61,714 nt of DNA from Nemertoderma westbladi. Lineage: Eukaryota > Animalia > Xenacoelomorpha. The notes under the pieces are model-generated. The model was not told the origin of the DNA. It did no database searches and worked only from the letters and a program-made list of their open reading frames with translations. Below, piece after piece: positions 1 through 11,380 of this stretch. Within the stretch, counting starts at the first letter, position 1. Every line of letters begins with the position of its first letter. The translations under genes were made by a program, and so were the position numbers. Location: NCBI GenBank assembly GCA_032718475.1, contig JAUCBJ010007364.1, forward strand, positions 1 to 61,714. The letters run 5' to 3'.

Positions 1-758
1 GACTCATGGAATCACTGCTGACTGATGATCATACATGCTGACTGCTGAAACATTGCAAACTCATAACAATCAGTGTTTTCATTGTTGTTTTATACTGCTA
101 TTTACCGTCAGTTCTTCATAATATGGTTGATGAATAATTATATTTGGAATAACGATAAATAACCCCGAAACCCAATATTCTTGATATACCGAAGGTAAGA
201 GAGAAGGGTTACAGATAAACGATTGTGACTTATGTTAAAGTGGTTTGAAGTGAATCTAATGTTATTTGATAGACCCTACATGAGTCAGTCTGTGTTCCTT
301 TTATATGTGACTAAAATCAGTGAAGATTGGCAGATTAGTGTGCAGTATTGTGCAGCATTGTGTATGAGTGAGTCTGTTAAAGAAGCAATTCCTAAAGAAT
401 GCGCCATATATGTGAATTATAATTAAGCCATATCGTTGTGAGTAGTTTAAGTCATAACTCTGTTTATATAGATAAAGCGCCACGTCCTAAAGGAACTGTT
501 AATATTCCCGAAGGTGAATAATATTGTCAGAGATTATATAATACTGTCAGTCGAATAATACATTAGGCTTACATAGCAATAAAATTAAACCGTCGAACCC
601 AATCTCCCGGGAATATCCAGCGGGTGAATGATCGCGCACAGATTGGTTTCGACTAGTGTAGTGAATCAAATACTTGTCATAGACTAAAAACCGATTTAAT
701 ATCTAGCAGACATCTTAATTTGGTGGGTTAAACTGCCAAAGGTCTGAAAGCGCGAACA
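1..758 (+). mobile_element. 3' part of an LTR of the same BEL/Pao family as the 37777-49792 element (3' LTR or solo LTR, cut by the window edge)
   Basis: Reverse complement closely matches the start of the LTR at 37777 (ORF-track peptides 301..483 and 38052..38234 are near-identical). Ends ...GCGCGAACA at 758, directly followed by minisatellite. Confidence 0.9.
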
Positions 759-1394
759 ACCGTCTCACAAGGATCTCATGATCAGGCGAAAATGAATAAT
801 GTACCACCATCTCACAAGGATCTCACATTAAGGCGAAAGGGAATAATGTACCACCGCTGTACCGCGGTACCGTCTCACATCTCGTTCAGGTGAAAGGGAA
901 TAATGTACCGGTACCACCGTCTCACAAGGATCTCATGTTCAGGCGAAAGGGAATAATGTACCGGTACCACCGTCTCACAAGGATCACATGTTCAGGCGAA
1001 AAGGAATAATGTACCACCGTCTCACAAGGATCTCACATTAAGGCGAAAGGGAATAATGTACCACCGTCTCACAAGGATCTCATGTTCAGTCGAAAAGGAA
1101 TAATGTACCACCGTCTCACAAGGATCTCACATTAAGGCGAAAGGGAATAATGTACCACCATCTCACAAGGATCTCACGTCCAGGCGAAAGGGAATAATGT
1201 ACCGGTACCACCGTCTCACAAGGATCTCACGTTCAGGCGAAAGGGAATAATGTACCACCGTCTCACAAGGATCTCATGTTCAGGCGAAAGGGAATAATGT
1301 ACCGGTACCACCGTCTCACAAGGATCTCATGTTCAGGCGAAAGGGAATAATGTACCACCGTCTCACAAGGATCTCATGTTCAGGCGAAAGGGAA
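759..1394. repeat. 47/53-bp minisatellite, about 13 units
   Basis: Unit ccaccgtctcacaaggatctcatgttcaggcgaaagggaataatgta, with or without an extra ccggta. Confidence 0.95.
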
Positions 1395-3639
1395 CCTGCT
1401 AAGTCAAATAGACTCGAAAACATGTTTGTTCAAATCGAGTGTCATTGAATAGATACGTTGGCAAACATGATGAACAATTTGTGCTCCAGTAATTACTATT
1501 TTTAGACGATACGGTAATTTTTTGCGGAGTAGAGGGAGTTGTGCTAAGCAAATAAATATATTTATTGAATTTTGTAAGTTGTTTAACATGAAAATTAGTA
1601 GTAAAAAAACTAAATTTATGGTAACTAATGTGAGTGAAATAGATAAAGATGAATTTGAATTCGGCGACATTATAATAAAAAATACTGACAACTAATGTAC
1701 GTTTATCTTGGTGATGTATTCTCCTCACTAGACGGACTGTTACGCACAGCAAAACGGTTACATATAGAACAGTGTGCAAAATAAGTAAATTATCAACATT
1801 AATAATGCGCTAAATTAAAATTATGTTAAATGTAAGAATTGCAACGACAAATTAACTTTATTTACTGTAGTAATAATTAATGCGGCCGACGTTTCAGCTA
1901 TTATTAATTCCAATATTAAGAAATCTTTTTTGAGGTTAAAAACAATTGGACTGAAGAAGCAGCTTATTTTGCTTACGAATTATTTAATTACGTAAATAAA
2001 ATAGCAATTATAATAGCAATATATAATAGCAATTATATAGTAGATAGTATATAGCCAATATAAAGAATGAGGCGATTACAAAGAGTAAATTTACTGTAAA
2101 ACGTATTTATGATTAAATCCACCAGAGTTATCGGTACATGGTTAGGTACATGTTTAGGAGAATTTAATAAATTTATACCAGATATTACGATAAAAATTGT
2201 GTCAACGTTCCGTTTGAGTTCACATTAACTAAGAGTATAATGTATACTGTTGCTAACAGAATCAGTACGTAGAAATTTCCCGGTTGTACTTACCGATAAT
2301 GTTAATCATTTTATGCAATAATTGAATAGTCCAGAATTATTGATCTTACAATTTTTAGGTGCCGTTTTACATGAACTACAGTAGATCTGTGATTTTTCCT
2401 TTGTAATAAAATTGAGATTTACCCGGAAATTCTAATTAATTTAGTAAATAGGCCAAAGTGTATGTTTTTGTATTAACTACAATGTATGGACTGATACTTT
2501 TTTCTTTGGACTTGTGTTCGTTAACCGGTATTCAATTACAAATTGTAACCTACAGTAGTATCTTGGATTTATTGTGCATATTATATTATTGTGATGAATT
2601 GTCTATTATTTATATTGATCGCCGCAAGTCAATAAGTATATATATAGCCCAACATACATGTAGCGGGGTCTATGGACTTTACCTCTATGTGAGTGTCGGT
2701 GTTGTGTTCTAGTTCTACTGATAACAAGGAACTCCATTTTAGAAGAGGAGTGAGCATGAGCAATAACTCTCCCGAATAGCTGTAGAACAGCAATACTGCA
2801 ACAAGGCCCCCAAGAATAGAGAGCAGGCCGTAAACAGCCATGTTATTGATTAAACCAAAACACTGATAGTAACTGCATTATAGCCTATACCGACCGACCA
2901 TACTGTACTGTAAATTATAACAGTATGTCTATATTTACGCACCACAGTAGTATAAGTACGGTACAGTACATGTCATGATGTGCACAGTAGGCCTACAGAG
3001 AAGTGCGCCATCTACTATAGAGTAACAAGAGTTAAATATGTATGATAATCTCTACATTATGTGTCATCATTTATTTGACCAGAACGCCGCTATTATTTTG
3101 CACAATTATTAATTGATTAAATTGTTAATGAACAGTATGTGCAGTAAACAGTTCGACGTGTAATCATATGCGCTTTAGGCTACAATAATTAGCATAATCA
3201 GCTGTGCATTCGGGTTTTAGATATAACCATATGGCGTACATGTGAGTTAACGTCAACAATATATCGGAATTGAGTTATTTATTGAGTCATACCGCGCTGC
3301 TTTTGGCCGCACCACATCATACTGTTATAGTATTGACAAGGAATAGGGTTGGGTTGGAGCGCGAAAAAATTGTTGGGCTATAGATAAAATTGACTAAGGG
3401 GTAACAAGGTGCCCTGAATCGAATGTCGGAGTGTATGTTTTGTAGAAATACGAGGAAACGGTCAAAATGGCGGGTTTAAGTAAGAGTGGGAAGCCAATTT
3501 TGAAACTCTGCTGTGATTGGCTGAGGCTACAGATTTGACATCACTACAAAGTGCTCTGATAATTTTTTATCTTGGTTTCTACTGTATGGATAGTGATTTT
3601 CGATCCATTCAAATAGGTCTACACAGTAAACCAAGCGCA

Positions 3640-4030
3640 GGGGCCCATAGTAATAACAAAAACACACAATAGCACATTATATTAAAATTTATTACATACA
3701 GTATATTCACCTAACTCTCTGGCTACTAATACAGGGATGTTACTATGTACGCAGAGTATTAAATCTGAGTATGCGAGATACGGATTTACATATATTGTAT
3801 ACAACACACAAAATAAATATTGCTGTACAGTACGCACGAAAAAGATAAATCTTAACTTTGACAGATGCATGACTAAACTTCCTAGCCAAAATATTAACTC
3901 TGACATAAAGATGATGCCTCTGTCGGATAATATCAGGGTTATCATCAGTCGATGAGCAGATAATAAGCCCTAGATAGCAAAACTTCTCAACAATTTCTAC
4001 TTTGGAGCCATACAATTTAACTCTCGCAAA
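3640..4030 (-). mobile_element. Degenerate 3' fragment of an L2/CR1-group LINE
   Basis: Translation VEKFCYLGLII...DIIRQRHHLYVRVNILARKFSHASVKVKIYLFRAYC resembles the RT thumb/C-terminal region of this group; frameshifted. Confidence 0.7.
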
Positions 4031-4208
4031 AGCGGTGAGAGCACACGACTTAGGAATGAAGTACAAACATTTAGTTTTATTTGTATTAAAAATGATTGAA
4101 TTTCTCTAGAAGCAAAAAGAACGTCTATACAGTATCTATTAACTACAGACGGGCCTAGCGGCCCGTGAAGCAAGTCGTAGGAGACAGTACGAGTCAAGTA
4201 ATAACTAT

Positions 4209-4345
4209 TTACATACTTGTGTGAAAAGTAGCACTTTACAGTGTGATGATCCGAGTGGCTTTGTTATACGAACGAACGTTAGTGAGTGAGTGAAAATAAA
4301 GCCACGAGGTTCAGAAAACTGTAAAGTACTTTGCAACAAGTATGT
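4209..4345. repeat. Imperfect hairpin, probably the end of a non-autonomous DNA element
   Basis: tacatacttgt...ctttacagt...gtggcttt pairs with aaagccac...actgtaaag...acaagtatgta. Confidence 0.5.
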
Positions 4346-5311
4346 ATGTAGTTTTATTCCGAAATTTTAACATTACGAAATGATTGTACATATAAGTGCA
4401 CATAAGTGATAGAAACTGCACAAATTACACCATAACCCTTAATACAACAACCATTTTTAGGGGGTCGGAGCCCCCCCCCCCCCCCCCTAATTTTTTTCAA
4501 ATTTCAATAAAATGCTACGAAATTCGGTATGATGATAGATCGACACCTTTTCTTACTGGTGGCCTGGCCGGATTTTTCAATTTCTCAGATATTTCCATAC
4601 AACAATCCCTTAAAAAATGTCTATTTAGCAATGTTTAACCACCTCCGTAGACTTTATTTTACGTCTTTGAAATGTAATCTAGATATCATTCGAAGCGCCT
4701 TCGTCTGTAGATTCCGAATCTGAAAACCGTTTTAAATTTAACCAAAAATTGGTTAAGATATTATCAAAATACTAATGTGTAAATTTAGAGATGTAAATCG
4801 CTATAATTCTGATGTTTTGTTGTCTTTATTCTAGAATATTAATTATTATTTAGCTGAGCGTTTAAAACTCTCCATCTTGCTTTTTCATTATCCATAATTA
4901 ATATTCTAGAATTGAGTAAATAAAACATTAGAATTATAGCGATTTACGTCACAAAAATTTACACCTTAGTATTTTATTTGATAACATCTCCGGAAGTTCT
5001 TGGTGAAATTTACAACGGGTTTCATATTCGGAATCTGCAGATGAAGGCGGTTCTAATGATATCTAGATTTCATTCCAAAGACGAAAAATAAACCTGACGG
5101 AGGTGGCTAAATATTGCGAAATAGACGATTTTTAACGGCTTGTTGTATCGAAATAGCTCAAAAATTAAATATCCGACCAGGCCACCAGTAAGAAAAGGTA
5201 TCGATCTATCATCATACCAAACTTCGTAGCATGTTATTGAAATTTGAAAAAAATTAGGGGGGGGGGGGGGGGCTCCGATCCCCTAAAAATGGTTGTTGTA
5301 TTAAGGGTTAT

Positions 5312-8300
5312 TAGTCAAGTAGACAGTACCGACCACCGTTCAAATTGGGTATGACTGCAGTTTTTTTGCTGAAAGTGTTAACTTGTATAAACCATTTGAA
5401 ATTATGTTATATTTCACATAGTCCGCATTGAGCAATTTTTTCTAGAACACTATTTATCTTAACGACAGATGTTTTACATAGCAACAATAATGAATTAACA
5501 CGCAGGGGTATATTTATCTATTTAGACACTGGTCAATCATAAATAAGGAGAAACCAAGCTCGAGAAAATAAAAATGTAAGGAATAAGGATTATATTTGCA
5601 GTTATGAGTTACAAATTTTGTAACATTGCAGTGTTATGGCAAACACTGTTACTGGTAGTGAACTTGTAATACATACAAGGCTCGGTGTGCAATTTGGAGC
5701 TCATCACTGTGGCCAAGTAATGCACCGACATACCTGTCTGTCAGGAATATATGCTGTCAGCACCCGAACTCTCGCTAGACATGTATCCTCAAGAACTGGT
5801 GGATAATATGTTGGAAATATGTTAATTCGAATGTGGACTTTGTGGCCGACGCATTTATGGACAGAATGGCGCAGGTTTATCCTTTTCGAAGTACTGTAGC
5901 AGTGGTTAGCCAAACTGAGATGTTGTTTATGTAAGGTGATGTTCGGTAGTACCAGTGGACCGTGAAATAAAAGGTGAAAGACTGTCGATGAAACAACTTC
6001 TGCATTAGCAGTAATTACTTTTAGTTGAATGTTTGATAATATATATATTTACACGTTATCACTGTCCTTGTTCGCACACTTGCAATAAAAATTAAAAGCC
6101 CAATTTACAAATTGCTCCCACATCCAACCAAAGTTTGTAGGCTATAGTGGCGGCTGCCGGCTGCATATTATCTACAGCCGCTCTCCAGAATATTACTTGC
6201 GAGCCCGCTCTTCTTATTCATTCTTGACTGCTGCAGTTTCCTTTAATTCTAAATTTTACATCTGAAATAAATAATACTTTCATTATATTTTGTGCAAGAT
6301 AATTCGCAATGCTAGGTTAGCTTTGCAAGAATTAAAAGTTCTAGGAATTCGAATAATATATCAATATCTGTGCATTATACAATAGTAAAAAAAGCCAATC
6401 AAACAGTCGGACTGAAGCATCTCTTCAAAGATAGGGAGGGCCTTTAGTCGCAATCAAAATTCATCCCTCTCCAGGGAAAAATCGACGCAAATAACAGCTG
6501 GTTACTCCCAAAAATAAAACTGTAATCTGTTCTGTTGACTTTCGTTTATCTATTTGGTTAGAATAATGTGCCACTATAACATGCATCTGTCTCCCTCTTC
6601 AGTAGCTGCTACCCGAAGGTATGACTGGTGCTACTCGTATCCCAAGGTTTGTTCCCAGTAATTCAACAGGTACGCATTTTATCGACCCCAGTGAATGAAA
6701 AAAGGTCGAGCAGAATGAGAACCAACCTTTGAAACTTAGAAAGACACTAAATATTGCTACAATGAACGCACGCACTCTAAAACTGCTTAGCAAACATTAT
6801 TGCAGCTCTGGCAATGGAATATTACATCGACATCATTTGTATTCAAGAATATCAGATTAGTCATGAGCCATCGTATAATGAATGACATTTGAAATGGACG
6901 TTTATAACGTCCATCCACTTCCAGTCTGCAAATTCAGCAGAAAATATTCGGTCAAAGTTTCAATTGGTTGAGTATGAATTCTCCTAAGTCCATTTACACT
7001 TCTGACACTAAACCCCATCGAATATAAAAATTCCAGGATCATAAACTAATATAATGGCATTTAACTGCGAGGCATACAGTAGTCAGCTCGTTCAACCTAA
7101 TTTGTTCGGACCAGACCAGACTGCAGAGCTCAGACTCAGTTTGAGAGCCAGTACACTCAGGACAAGCAAGCGAATCAACTATGACTGGGAGAAACTCAGA
7201 ACTGACAATGCAGTAAAGGAAGCTCACACAGTAAAAAGTTCAAAATCGCAAGAGAGAAAAGATGTTAAGATACTCCTACTCCAAAGTAAAAACTGAACAG
7301 CCAACAGCCGAAAACATCAACAAGGTTGAAAAACAACTAGGCACCTGCCGAACTCCAAAGAAGTATTAAAAGCATGTCCAACTATAAAGCGAGTGGATTA
7401 GGTGAAATCCCTGAAGAGGTATGGAAAACATGAGTGCTAAAAAGACAATTTTCGGATGATTGCAACCGGATGTTAAAAGGGGAAAATCCACCACCAATTT
7501 GGACTAAATGTCAACTAAAGCCTCTCCCCAAGAAAGAAAGGCGACCTCGGTATACCAACAAACTATCGTGGGATCTGTCTGCTTGTGGTAGCTGCCAAAA
7601 TATACAATAAAATGATTCTATATAGGATTAGGCCTCACATAGAGAATGTTGCTCTTTTATGTTGCGTTTTATAAATAAATACAGTTGAAAAAATATTTCT
7701 ATCATAACAAAAAAAATCTGCCATATTTTAAAATAAATAAATAAAATCTGAAATATCTAAAAAAAAATACAATAATATTGTATAAATGTTGGGTAACGGC
7801 AATATGTTCCAGAACCTTTATATGTATCAAAACTTAAAAATAGCTACATAAAAAGTATTATAAAATGAACAATAATGCTTGATAGGGCCGTGGTGATGGA
7901 GACGTTTTAAAATTCTTTTCTAACAACAATTGTAAAGCAAAAATACAAATCTTTTTAAATATAAGTATTATACAATATTCTATATATTAAATGGTGGTGT
8001 ACATTAAGTATATTACCTTTAAAATTGACGTAACAACTTCGATAGAATCGGGTTCCCAAAATAGTTAGGTCTTCAAGCTCACCATCTCCCAAATCCAACG
8101 GAATCTTCAAATTTCCAGCTACTGTAATTCTTCGTATCGTGGCAATCTTGTTTCGCAAATGGCAAAAGTCCTTTCTCATATTGCTATCGCTGCATTTTTC
8201 TAGCGTTTCCAACTTTTGGATTTTTTGGATCTAACGCCTTACATAAGGCGGTAGATCCAGATAAGGCAATCTTTCTCAAAACTAAATGTCACTATTAATC

Positions 8301-8719
8301 ACAATATTTTTTAATTATTTTAGTCAAAGCACTCGTCGCCTCCAACTCTCTTTAAGGTCATTTTCATTGCCTAAATGTAACTTATTACTGTTGCAGTGTT
8401 TTGAATCATAATAAATTTTCATTGCCTAACTAAATATAACTTATTACTGCAATGTTTTGAATCATAAAAACATAATATTCTAGAATGTTTAATGTTGTTG
8501 CTAACACATTCTCTACATAGATTAACATTTTTTTGGTAATTTTGTTATGATTTTAACCTCCAAACAAACGGCAATAAAAAAAATTGCTCAACCTTTCCCA
8601 AAGTCTTTAAGGCGAAAATTTATTGTTATAATGTTGAACATCATCATGAGCAAATAAAATTGCAGTCATACGCTGGAGAACGGTTCGTCAGTAAAATGTA
8701 CCAAGCGTCTACTCGACTA
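5312..8719. mobile_element. Decayed Academ-like DNA transposon (TAG..CTA TIRs, 3-bp TAT TSD)
   Basis: Left TAGTCAAGTAGAC..ACCGTTC..GTATGACTGCA mirrors right TGCAGTCATAC..GAACGGT..GTCTACTCGACTA. TAT at 5309-5311 and 8720-8722. Transposase-like remnant (RFYRSCYVNF) at 7955-8212 on the minus strand. Confidence 0.65.
6740..7650 (+). mobile_element. Degenerate RTE-like LINE fragment (APE endonuclease start and RT start)
   Basis: Remnant motifs LNIATMNARTL, DIICIQE and GDLGIPTNYRGICLLVVAAKIYNKMILYRIRPHIE, with stops and frameshifts. Confidence 0.75.
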
Positions 8720-8910
8720 TATGGTGTTAGTTGCTGTATAAGTAATTGTAAAAATGACATAAATTATGTTATAAATAAGTTAGCATATATTTATCGCGGC
8801 GTTTGGAGCCATGTTATAATAATATAGCTAGGCCCTACTGGTTATTAATAGCTATACCCCGCCTACCGGTAGGTAATGCAGTAGGCCTATCTGGCTGTCA
8901 GGCTATCATC

Positions 8911-8999
8911 TATTGTTTACGTGGTAACCATGACGGCGTTAAGTAATGCCCACTAGGGGGACATTACTTAACGCCGCCATGGTTACCACGCAAACAATA
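8911..8999. repeat. Near-perfect hairpin of about 89 bp
   Basis: tattgtttacgtggtaaccatgacggcgttaagtaatg pairs with cattacttaacgccgccatggttaccacgcaaacaata. Confidence 0.85.
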
Positions 9000-9349
9000 A
9001 CACCAAATACAATACTAAATGTACAGGCCAATACAATGCTGCAATGTCCTCTAAAGTTGTAAAGTGCTAAATAACAACTCGCTGTTAATACTAACGGCGT
9101 TGAGTAATGTTATAATTTTGGAATAAAAGCTTTTCGTTCTGTCTGATAATAAATTAGTGTGAGGGTAGTCCCGGTGGTGTACGGATTATAGAAGATAGAG
9201 AGCAGTTAGCGAAATGATTATTTTGTTCTATCGGATAGAGTAGTCAGAGAGGAGTCGAGGTGTCAATTGATTAATAATAATAACATCAGTTGTCATGAAT
9301 TCAATACAATTCAATACTTATTTTTGTTATAAATAAAACAAGTTGAGAT

Positions 9350-9645
9350 GTTTCAATGTAAACCGCGATTAAACCGCGATTAAGTTGCTCAACTTTTACG
9401 GCAACTTAAAGGAATTTGCGTTGACGAATAATCAAATTAAATTATCAAAAACTAGCTAGTAGATAAAATGACCCACCATTTTACAGTCAAACTAGCCAAG
9501 TTGCTCTAAAAGTTGCCGGCCAAGTTGCTGGTAAAGTTGCTGGTAAAGTTGCCACGTGTAAACAGCAATTAAATTAAGTTGCTCCAAAAAAAGTTGCTAG
9601 TTGCCGAGAAAGTTGCTCTAAAAGTTGCCACGTGTAAACAGGCCT
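9350..9645. mobile_element. PIF/Harbinger-like MITE remnant with internal AAGTTGC repeats
   Basis: Ends GTGTAAACAGGCCT followed by TAA; many aagttgc motifs; left end not recognised. Confidence 0.45.
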
Positions 9646-10076
9646 TAAACGTCAGTTGTTCTAATCATGGCGTCATTAGTATGTCTACAAATTTACAGCA
9701 AGAGGTAATTAGCAACCATGATTGATTGTGGTTGTTTATACGTGGGTCGGATACACTTTTTTTTTTTTTTTTTTTTTTTTATTATTGATAGTAACAATGT
9801 GTTGGCAAGCTGTATCTTTCGAGGTGTTTGTTATTATACATTTATTATAGGAAGGGATCTATGGGTCTTAACCTCGAATGATAAGTTTATTTTACCGAAA
9901 ATAACTAATCGGATACATTTATAACTTATTACAGTATAATTGATTTATTTGTCTTTGCAGATGACACTGTATAACAAAATAGCCAAGTAGCCTACTCAGT
10001 TAAGGGATATATTTATAGAGATCATCTTGCCTTACTTCCTGCCTGGTAATTTTTATGAAATTTGCATGAACCTTAA

Positions 10077-11177
10077 GGCAAGTTCCGTTCACATCAAGGT
10101 GTACTAAATAACAGGTCATACAGCGAGCGAATTGCCGAAATTAGTGTGGGTCGATCGTTTCCCTATTTATGGCACTATTTTCATAATATTTCCTTAGAAA
10201 CTTATTTTATGCTACTTTTGTTAGGTGGATATGATGACTATGGTTCATAGAAATGTAATAAAATGTTTTTCTGGAATTTTTATCTTGTAGTTGCCAAGGT
10301 AACTGGGTGCAAAGTTCAAACTTTGCGCGCCTGTATTTCAAGGCGACAATGGATTCTTCCCTTGAGATTTGGTAGGTGAGTAAAGGGAATAAAAGACTAT
10401 CAAAATATTTTACATTTGAATTTGGTTACATTCCCGTTGCCATGTAAATAAGGTAAATGAAACATTTGAAAAATTGTCTACCAATTCTATAAAACACCTT
10501 TTTATTCGGTTTGGCAGTCTAAATAATAAGTTAAAATTTCCAACATTTTATTTTATAATTCGTCAATTGTATTAAATCATATTTCTAAGTCAATATTTTG
10601 CTAAAATAAACTAAACTATCCAATAAGAGAGCAAGATCTGTGATGGCATGATTTTGACATTCCAGAATATTAAATTTCGGTTAGCAATTATTAGAAATAA
10701 AGGACAGCCACCAGGCATGTTTGTTGAAAATTATATAAGTAGTAAATAGTAGCCCAATTTCAATCTGGCGGTCATAATGGGAAATTATCATAATTCCCGT
10801 CACCATGGAAACGGGATTGAAAAAAATTGAATTGTAAAATATTTTGATAGACTTTTATTCCCTTTACTCATATACCAAATCTCAAGAACAGAATCCCTTG
10901 TCGATTGGAATTACAGGCGGTCGAATTTTGAGCTTTGCACCCGGTAAACTTGGCAACAACAAGATAAAAATTCCAGAAAGACATTTTATTACATTGCTAT
11001 GAATCGCAGTCATCATATCCACCTAACCAAAGTACTGTAGCACATAAGAAGTTTCTAAGGAAATATTATGAAAAAAGTGTCATAAATAGGGAAAAGATCG
11101 GCCCACACTAATTTCAGGAATCCGCTCGCTGCATGACCTGTTATTTAGTACACCTTGGTGCACATCCAACGGAACGT
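10077..11177. mobile_element. Foldback MITE with arms of about 350 bp (Kolobok-like TTAA|GG left end)
   Basis: 10077-10420 is the imperfect reverse complement of about 10830-11177 (e.g. aaggtgtactaaataacaggtcat / atgacctgttatttagtacacctt). Confidence 0.75.
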
Positions 11178-11380
11178 TACACCGCGCGGTGTACCGCAGG
11201 GCCAGCGGTACACCGCTGAGTGTGAATGACCCTGCGGTATACGAGCGGTGTACCGATGTCAACGCCTCAACGAGATTATTTAGCGAATTATTCTAAAGAA
11301 TCACGATTAAATACTCAGCCAATCATTTTGTAAGGTAAACACAATAAGCAAGGTTAAGCTCTCTATTAGTCTGGCTCATA

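Larger units (their letters stand above)
4428..8726. mobile_element. Foldback MITE with CAC..GTG ends and TTA TSD (CMC/Chapaev3-like); body 4428-5311, last 4 bp displaced to 8723-8726 by a nested insertion
   Basis: About 400-bp inverted arms (poly-C tract versus poly-G tract). Left end TTA|CACCATAACCC; right end GGGTTAT[insert]GGTG|TTA. Confidence 0.75.

Noticed and set aside
4436-5307. piggyBac-type reading of the foldback MITE (CCC..GGG ends)
   Set aside because: Flanks are not TTAA, and the inverted repeat extends to CAC..GTG with a TTA duplication once the nested element is removed.
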